A DNA stretch of 64,000 nucleotides from an uncultured Cytophagia bacterium (GTDB taxonomy: Bacteria > Zhuqueibacterota > Zhuqueibacteria > Oceanimicrobiales > CAZGRP01). Positions 58,662 through 64,000 of this stretch are shown piece by piece. Made by a program: the position numbers and the translations under genes. Numbering within the stretch: position 1 is the first letter of the stretch; the number at the start of each line of letters is the position of its first letter. Under the pieces are notes generated by a model. That model was not told the DNA's origin. It did not search any database and worked only from the letters and a program-made list of their open reading frames with translations. The stretch is taken from positions 806 to 64,805 of the forward strand of contig CAZGRP010000016.1 in the NCBI GenBank assembly GCA_964527995.1. The letters are read 5' to 3'.

Positions 58662-58886
58662 ATGGCCGATCTCGACATCCCTGCGCGCAGTAATGACCGC
58701 CCAAGTTCGCCGCTGGAAAAGGGCCAGTCTTACTGCCCCCTCTCGGACCAATTGTGTCCGCGCGGCAGTGCCCAGGCGACGCGATGCTGTGAGATCTTCG
58801 CTACGCGCTTCGATCCTGTTTCCAATATGAGTCATTTTGCGATGCTGGCCTGCGCCAGCCAGGCGGCCGGAGTCAGCCCACCGTGA
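58662..58886 (+). CDS. Small Cys-rich hypothetical protein
   Basis: AAGGAG RBS 7 nt upstream of ATG; CPLSDQLCP..CC..C. Confidence 0.5.
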   Translation: MADLDIPARSNDRPSSPLEKGQSYCPLSDQLCPRGSAQATRCCEIFATRFDPVSNMSHFAMLACASQAAGVSPP

Positions 58887-58915
58887 CCTGAGCCAGGAAT
58901 TCAAAACGGACCGGT

Positions 58916-59235
58916 TTGGACTGCCATGATGTTGCCAGAAGCATTCGGTCCAACATCCCCTTGCTGGTCCTGCTGCTGTCGTGGCCTGGGCAGGCGTTTG
59001 TTGGCCGCTACCGCGGGTGCATTTTGGAAGAACCTCCGAAGCGGGCTTCAACCTCGTTGTTTGGACCCTTCCACCGTTTGCCGTCCTGCTGGCCGGCTGT
59101 GTCGTGGTCAAATTCTTCCACCGCCAGCGGGCCATCATAGAGAAGGAAACGGACAAATCCTCGAAACCGCTGCCGCCTGACCAGCAGCGCCTTGCGGATC
59201 GCGTGGAAGACGAACCGCAGGAGTGGGATGGATAG
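58916..59235 (+). pseudogene. CcmH/NrfF-like cytochrome c biogenesis gene remnant
   Basis: FVGRYRGCILEEPPKR in one frame continues as GFNLVVWTLPPFAVLLAG in another (shift near 59043-59045); the LRCxxC domain is absent. Confidence 0.6.
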
Positions 59236-59473
59236 GGACGTCGCCGGGAGTTCAGCGCGCCTCGCAACTGAGGTCGGTATGCCCCTGGTGAGCACAATGC
59301 ACGCACGGGGGTGCGGCATGTGGATACGCGCTACATACGCGAACAAGGCACCAACCTTCGACACTGCCGACTTTATCGACGAAGGTCGCAAAGAAGCCTC
59401 GCCTGGCCGGCGGGGCTTTTGCGTTTCGGGTTGTGGCAAAAGACGCCCAAATCTTGCCATGTACTCGGTCGCT

Positions 59474-59723
59474 GTAGAAATTCTCACCACTGCCGTTGAG
59501 ATTTTCAACGCAATTCCCTTTTCCTTGAAAAACTGTTTCTTAGCCCCTCTCCGCGGAGGACGGGGGGTTGTGGCTGACGAATTTCTCAACACCACTCTGT
59601 CGCATTCCGTCGCGCGACTCTACGCATGAGCGCGCAGACGGCGTTGTTCGGCGTTGAATTTCCGGCAGTTAGCTCTTTGACAATTCTGTCTCGAAACGGG
59701 ACACTTTTTGGCCCGTCACTTGC
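59474..59723 (+). promoter_or_regulatory. sigma54 promoter with upstream repeated operator-like sites
   Basis: TGGCCCGTCACTTGC at 59709-59723; palindrome GTTGA-N5-TCAAC at 59495-59509 with degenerate copies at 59474, 59576 and 59653; TGTC-N9-GACA at 59687-59703. Confidence 0.65.
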
Positions 59724-59773
59724 CGGTACGACTAGCAGGGAAAGAAGTAGGGGCAAAGACTGGAGGTGGCATC

Positions 59774-60490
59774 ATGGTCGCGCTATTTGTGGTGGTGACG
59801 GTCCTGGTGTTCCTGACCATCGACTACTTTGTGCAACGCGCCGAGGTGCGCCGAGCAGCGCAGGCCGCCGGCGTGTCGCATTCGGCCCTCACCCTGGTTG
59901 TGGAGCCGCAGCCGTTCTGGGTGCACACGTCGATTCCGGTGGCGCGTCTTCCTCGCGGCGTGTTTTTTCACCCCGGCCACACTTGGGTACAGCTCGAGCC
60001 GAGCGGAGAATTGCTTGTTGGCTGCGGCACGCTGCCGATCACGGTGCTTGGGGATTTGGACGAGGTGAACGTGTGGCCGGCCGGCAGCGAAGTCCGCGAG
60101 GGCGATCCGGTCATCACTCTGCGGCATGGTGAGCGAGCCATCACCTTGCCGGCACCGGTCGACGGCGTGATCGAGGAGGTCAACACCAGGGTACAGGAGG
60201 AGCCAGAGCGACTGCGGCACGACCCGTTCATGCAAGGGTGGCTTTGCCGCATGTCGCCCAAACGCCTGGCTCCGGGGTTGAAAAAGATGTTCGTCGGCGA
60301 GGAAATGCTCGCCTGGATGCGCCAGGAGATGCGGCGTCTGCGCGATTTCCTGGCATCGCTGTCCGACCATGGCGCACTGGCCGGCGCCACCCTACAGGAT
60401 GGCGGTCTGCCTATCGACGGGCTCGCACAGCGGGTCGATGACCGCACTTGGGCCCGCTTCGTGGACGAGTTCTTCGGGCCCGAGGCGTAA
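59774..60490 (+). CDS. Membrane-anchored GcvH-like protein lacking the lipoyl lysine
   Basis: N-terminal TM, FHPGHTWV, APVDGVIEEVN, DPFMQGWL; hairpin reads LRHGERAI. Confidence 0.8.
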   Translation: MVALFVVVTVLVFLTIDYFVQRAEVRRAAQAAGVSHSALTLVVEPQPFWVHTSIPVARLPRGVFFHPGHTWVQLEPSGELLVGCGTLPITVLGDLDEVNVWPAGSEVREGDPVITLRHGERAITLPAPVDGVIEEVNTRVQEEPERLRHDPFMQGWLCRMSPKRLAPGLKKMFVGEEMLAWMRQEMRRLRDFLASLSDHGALAGATLQDGGLPIDGLAQRVDDRTWARFVDEFFGPEA

Positions 60491-60563
60491 GGGACTCCTG
60501 GCGGCGGGCAGTGCCTTCTGTATGTTCGACACAGAGGAATGGATTCATCTCTTGGAGCCAGCG

Positions 60564-61376
60564 ATGAAGGCCGCCATCTTGACCGATCTGACGAAATGCG
60601 TTGGCTGCGAGGCATGCGTTTGGGCCTGCAAAGAGATCAACGAACTGCCGCGCGATGACGGCGCCCGTAAACTGTCGGCAACCACGTGGACCGTTGTCGA
60701 GGAGCACAACGGCGTCTTCGTCCGTCATCAATGCATGCACTGCGTGGACCCGGCCTGCGCCTCCGTTTGCCCGGTCGCCGCCTTGCAGAAAACGCCCGAG
60801 GGCGCGGTGATCTACGATGAGACACGCTGCATCGGCTGCCGGTACTGCATGGTGGGCTGTCCTTTTGGCATCCCGAAGTATGAATGGGACAGTCCATTGC
60901 CGCGGGTGCAAAAGTGCATCCTATGCTTCGAAAAACGGCTGAAGGAGGGTCGCCAGCCGGCTTGCACCGAGGCATGCCCGACCAAGGCCACGGTTTTTGG
61001 AGACCGTGACGAGCTCGTCCGGGAAGCGCAGCGCCGCATCCGGGCGCATCCTGATCGCTACGTTGACCACATATACGGTCTCCACGAGGCCGGCGGCACG
61101 TCTGTGCTCTACATCTCCGGCGTGCCCTTCGAGGCGCTCGGCTTCAAGGTCACGCTTCGTGACGATCCCTATCCACGCCTGACGTGGGAGATTCTGTCCA
61201 AGCTGCCCAACGTGGTCGGCGTCGGGGGCGTGCTCATGTTCGGCATCTGGTGGGTTGTCAACCGGCGTGAAACCATGGATAGGGTGCGCCGGGGTGAGCT
61301 GTCCCTGGAAGAGGCGTTTGGCGAGAAGGCAGTCGGCGATCGCCCCGCAGTCGAGGACAACTCCGATCTCTCCTGA
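60564..61376 (+). CDS. 4x[4Fe-4S] electron-transfer subunit (HybA/NrfC/HmcB-like) with C-terminal TM
   Basis: CVGCEACVWAC, CMHCVDPACASVCP, CIGCRYCMVGCP, CILC..PACTEACP, YGLHEAGGT. Confidence 0.9.
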   Translation: MKAAILTDLTKCVGCEACVWACKEINELPRDDGARKLSATTWTVVEEHNGVFVRHQCMHCVDPACASVCPVAALQKTPEGAVIYDETRCIGCRYCMVGCPFGIPKYEWDSPLPRVQKCILCFEKRLKEGRQPACTEACPTKATVFGDRDELVREAQRRIRAHPDRYVDHIYGLHEAGGTSVLYISGVPFEALGFKVTLRDDPYPRLTWEILSKLPNVVGVGGVLMFGIWWVVNRRETMDRVRRGELSLEEAFGEKAVGDRPAVEDNSDLS

Positions 61377-61446
61377 CGGGGCTGAGTTCACAACAGAGAT
61401 GGCCGCCTCATTTTGGTGATCCTGGCAACGACAAAGGACAACAGCC

Positions 61447-63030
61447 ATGAACCATCGGTTGCTCGGAAAGCTGACGTTCTGGAAGGGGCTTTTCTGGGTC
61501 ATCCTCGCGGCGGGGCTCTACGCGACGGTCATACGCTTCGCACGCGGTCTGGGGGCGGCCACGCATCTAAACGACAGTTTCCCGTGGGGATTGTGGATCG
61601 GTTTCGACGTGCTGGTCGGTGTTGGCCTGGCCGCCGGGGGGTTCGTGATCGCGGCCACCGTGCACATCTTTCGCATGGAAAAGTACGAGCCCATCGCTCG
61701 TCCGACGGTCCTCACGGCGTTCCTGGGCTACCTGCTAGTGATCGTGGCTTTATTGTTCGACCTCGGGCGCCCGTACCGGATCTGGCATCCGCTGGTGATG
61801 TGGAATCCGCACTCGGTGATGTTTGAAGTAGCCTGGTGTGTGATGCTGTACACTTCAGTGCTGGCGCTTGAGTTCAGCCCGTTACTCTTTGAGCGGCTCA
61901 GATTGCAGAGGCCGCTGCGCGTGATCCGCAGCATCTACGTTCCATTGGTGATCATCGGCGTGCTACTCTCCACCATGCACCAGTCATCCCTTGGCACCCT
62001 CTACGTCATTGCCCCCGACAGGCTCCATGGCCTGTGGTACTCGCCGCTCCTTCCGGTTTTCTTCTTCATAACGGCCATCGCCGCGGGTCTGGCGATGACG
62101 ATCTTCGAATCCTTCATGAGCTTCCGCGCCTTTGGCAAGCGCCTGGAGGCGGACCTGCTGGAAGGCTTGGGTCGAGTAATTGTCGTGGTGCTGGCCGTGT
62201 ACGCGGTGTGGAAGCTGGAGGATCTCGCCAGTCGTGGTAACTTCGGGCTGATCTTCCGGGTTACTCCTGAGAGTGTGCTGTTTTGGGGAGAAATGGGCCT
62301 CGGCGTCGTTCTGCCGATGATCTTGTTCGCGCTGCCAAAGGTTCGCCAGAACGAGCACGGCCTGTTTTTCGCCGCCATGTTGACCATCATGGGGTTCATC
62401 CTCAATCGATTGAACGTGGCCATTACTGGTATGGCGGCTTCGTCCGGCGTCTCCTATTTCCCATCGTGGATGGAGTTCGCCGTCACCATGACCATTGTCG
62501 CTCTCGGCTTCCTGCTTTTCGCCCTGGCCGTGAAGTATCTGCCTGTCTTCCCGCCGGGGGAGCTGGAAGCGGTGCGCCGACCCGAAGTTGCCGTGCGGCG
62601 CGCTCGCCCGGCGTTCCACGGCGGCGTACTGCTCGCTCTCTGGGGACTGCTCTTTGTCGGCATCGTCGTCGTGGGCTTCAGCCTCGAGAGGGACAACCAC
62701 AAGAAGGGTGAAGGACAGCAGCTCGGGGCCACAGAAGTGTTAAAGGCCACCTCCGCCGAGCACCTGGAACTGCCTGCGGCGTACACCTTCCCGACCGCAG
62801 CAGGCAGTCCTGGGCCCGTGACCTTCAGCCACGAGAGCCACATCGATTCGCAGGAGCCGAGCTGCGCCACCTGCCACGCCACTCTCTTCCGGCTCATTGA
62901 GCCGGGCAGGCCGGTGCAGGGTGAGATGACCATGGATCGGATGTACAAGGGCGACCTCTGCGGCGCCTGCCACAACGCGGAGCTCGCCTTCGACGTTCAA
63001 GATGACTGTAGCAGTTGCCATCAGGAATGA
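61447..63030 (+). CDS. NrfD/HybB-type membrane subunit fused to a C-terminal triheme cytochrome c7-like domain
   Basis: PWGLWIGFDV, DLGRP, SVMFEV, STMHQSSLG, YFPSW; C-terminal VTFSHESH, CATCH, CGACH, CSSCH. Confidence 0.9.
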   Translation: MNHRLLGKLTFWKGLFWVILAAGLYATVIRFARGLGAATHLNDSFPWGLWIGFDVLVGVGLAAGGFVIAATVHIFRMEKYEPIARPTVLTAFLGYLLVIVALLFDLGRPYRIWHPLVMWNPHSVMFEVAWCVMLYTSVLALEFSPLLFERLRLQRPLRVIRSIYVPLVIIGVLLSTMHQSSLGTLYVIAPDRLHGLWYSPLLPVFFFITAIAAGLAMTIFESFMSFRAFGKRLEADLLEGLGRVIVVVLAVYAVWKLEDLASRGNFGLIFRVTPESVLFWGEMGLGVVLPMILFALPKVRQNEHGLFFAAMLTIMGFILNRLNVAITGMAASSGVSYFPSWMEFAVTMTIVALGFLLFALAVKYLPVFPPGELEAVRRPEVAVRRARPAFHGGVLLALWGLLFVGIVVVGFSLERDNHKKGEGQQLGATEVLKATSAEHLELPAAYTFPTAAGSPGPVTFSHESHIDSQEPSCATCHATLFRLIEPGRPVQGEMTMDRMYKGDLCGACHNAELAFDVQDDCSSCHQE

Positions 63031-63047
63031 ATCCGGGAGGGTGAGGG

Positions 63048-63797
63048 ATGAAGCCCCCGGAAAAGAACTCGCGAAACCAGCGCCTCCTGCCCGATGGCGC
63101 CCTGCGGTGCGTCTGGATGACGGCCGGGCTGGTGGCCTACAAGTTGTGCGATCGTGACTTCGAATGCGAACACTGTCGGTTTGATGGCGTGATGCGCGGT
63201 CGAAGGGTTGATGAATCTGCGGAGGAAGCGCCGGTGCCGAAGGATGCGGCAGAGTTGGAATTCCGCAGCGACCGGCAGTACCATCCAGCACACACATGGG
63301 CCAAGACGCTGGAAGGGGGTCGTCTGCGCATCGGCATCGATTCCTTCGCCGCTAAACTGATCGATCGCACGATCTCTGCCATCCTGCCGCCATCGGGAGC
63401 AGTGGTGCATCACGGCCGGATTGGGTGTTGGCTCCTCGACGATTTGGGCCCGCTGCCTCTGAAGATGCCCGTCAGCGGGAGGGTGCTGTGCGGCAATGAG
63501 CGGCTGCGCAGCTACCCCTCTCTTGCCGCTGAGTCACCCTACGATGAGGGCTGGCTGATGGAAATCGTCCCGGAGGACGCGGCACAGGAGATGGCGTTCC
63601 TGCTGTCGGCAGACGAGATGCGGCGTCGGTCGCAAGCCGACCTGGCGCGTTTCCGTCGCCTCGCCGCGGCATACCTGCGCCGCGGCACCCAGGTCGTCGG
63701 CCTGACGCGGGCGGACGGTGGCGAGTGCCTGGCTGCCCTGCGCGACATGCTGGGCGCGCCGCGCCACCGTCGCCTGGTGATGCACTTCTTGGATTGA
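63048..63797 (+). CDS. GcvH-like protein with Cys-rich N-terminal domain, lacking the lipoyl lysine
   Basis: CVWMTAG..KLCDRDFECEHCRFD, YHPAHTW, RIGIDSFA, PVSG, SPYDEGWL. Confidence 0.82.
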   Translation: MKPPEKNSRNQRLLPDGALRCVWMTAGLVAYKLCDRDFECEHCRFDGVMRGRRVDESAEEAPVPKDAAELEFRSDRQYHPAHTWAKTLEGGRLRIGIDSFAAKLIDRTISAILPPSGAVVHHGRIGCWLLDDLGPLPLKMPVSGRVLCGNERLRSYPSLAAESPYDEGWLMEIVPEDAAQEMAFLLSADEMRRRSQADLARFRRLAAAYLRRGTQVVGLTRADGGECLAALRDMLGAPRHRRLVMHFLD

Positions 63798-63830
63798 GAA
63801 GGAACGAAGATAGCCGTCCAGAGTGCACCC

Positions 63831-64000
63831 ATGCCAGATCGTGAAGACCAGGTGATAACCGGAAGAAGCCTGGGAGAGCTCTACCACAGCCTCGGCTTGC
63901 GGCTCTTTCTCTGGCTGTTTGGCCTCATGATCCTGGTGTTCGCGGGGTATGCCTACGTGACCATACGCGGGACTTCACGACACTGGAGACAGATGCTGTA
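63831..64000 (+). CDS. N-terminus of a probable membrane sensor (histidine kinase), truncated by window end
   Basis: Manual translation MPDREDQVITGRSLGELYHSLGLRLFLWLFGLMILVFAGYAYVTIRGTSRHWRQML: SL..RL followed by TM1, typical of sensor kinases; no kinase domain is visible in the window. Confidence 0.5.
   Translation, partial: MPDREDQVITGRSLGELYHSLGLRLFLWLFGLMILVFAGYAYVTIRGTSRHWRQML

Overview
GC-rich bacterial chromosomal segment, probably from an FCB-superphylum anaerobe or facultative anaerobe such as KSB1/Calditrichota. This is inferred from a T9SS C-terminal sorting domain, a PorV-like protein, and Bacteroidota-type OMP and Wzi genes. From left to right: truncated nadA (minus strand, absent from the ORF track); an egtD - ABC transporter - PLP C-S lyase operon with no egtB; hydantoinase B; a HAD hydrolase; an envelope/housekeeping operon (NHL protein, large OMP, Omp85, DGGGP-synthase-like UbiA, dtd, maf, rodZ-like, thioredoxin-like, mpl, double-R3H); a methyltransferase and an amidohydrolase; a minus-strand surface-glycoconjugate cluster (3 GT2, radical SAM/SPASM, LPG-synthase TM, deacetylase, Wzi, PHP hydrolase); larA-like, NlpC/P60, M24 peptidase and rlmD; and a fermentation operon (divergent ald, CoA transferase, radical SAM, maeB, split fumarase alpha/beta). 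A large T9SS-cargo gene sits between the two fumarase genes. It is interrupted by one in-frame UGA followed by a SECIS-like hairpin, making it a candidate secreted selenoprotein. The right end carries a predicted sigma54-driven module of two lipoyl-lysine-less GcvH-like proteins, a 4x[4Fe-4S] protein, an NrfD/HybB-triheme c7 fusion and the start of a probable sensor kinase. No rRNA, tRNA, CRISPR array or intact IS was recognised. All assignments are motif recognition by eye; no database searches were run.
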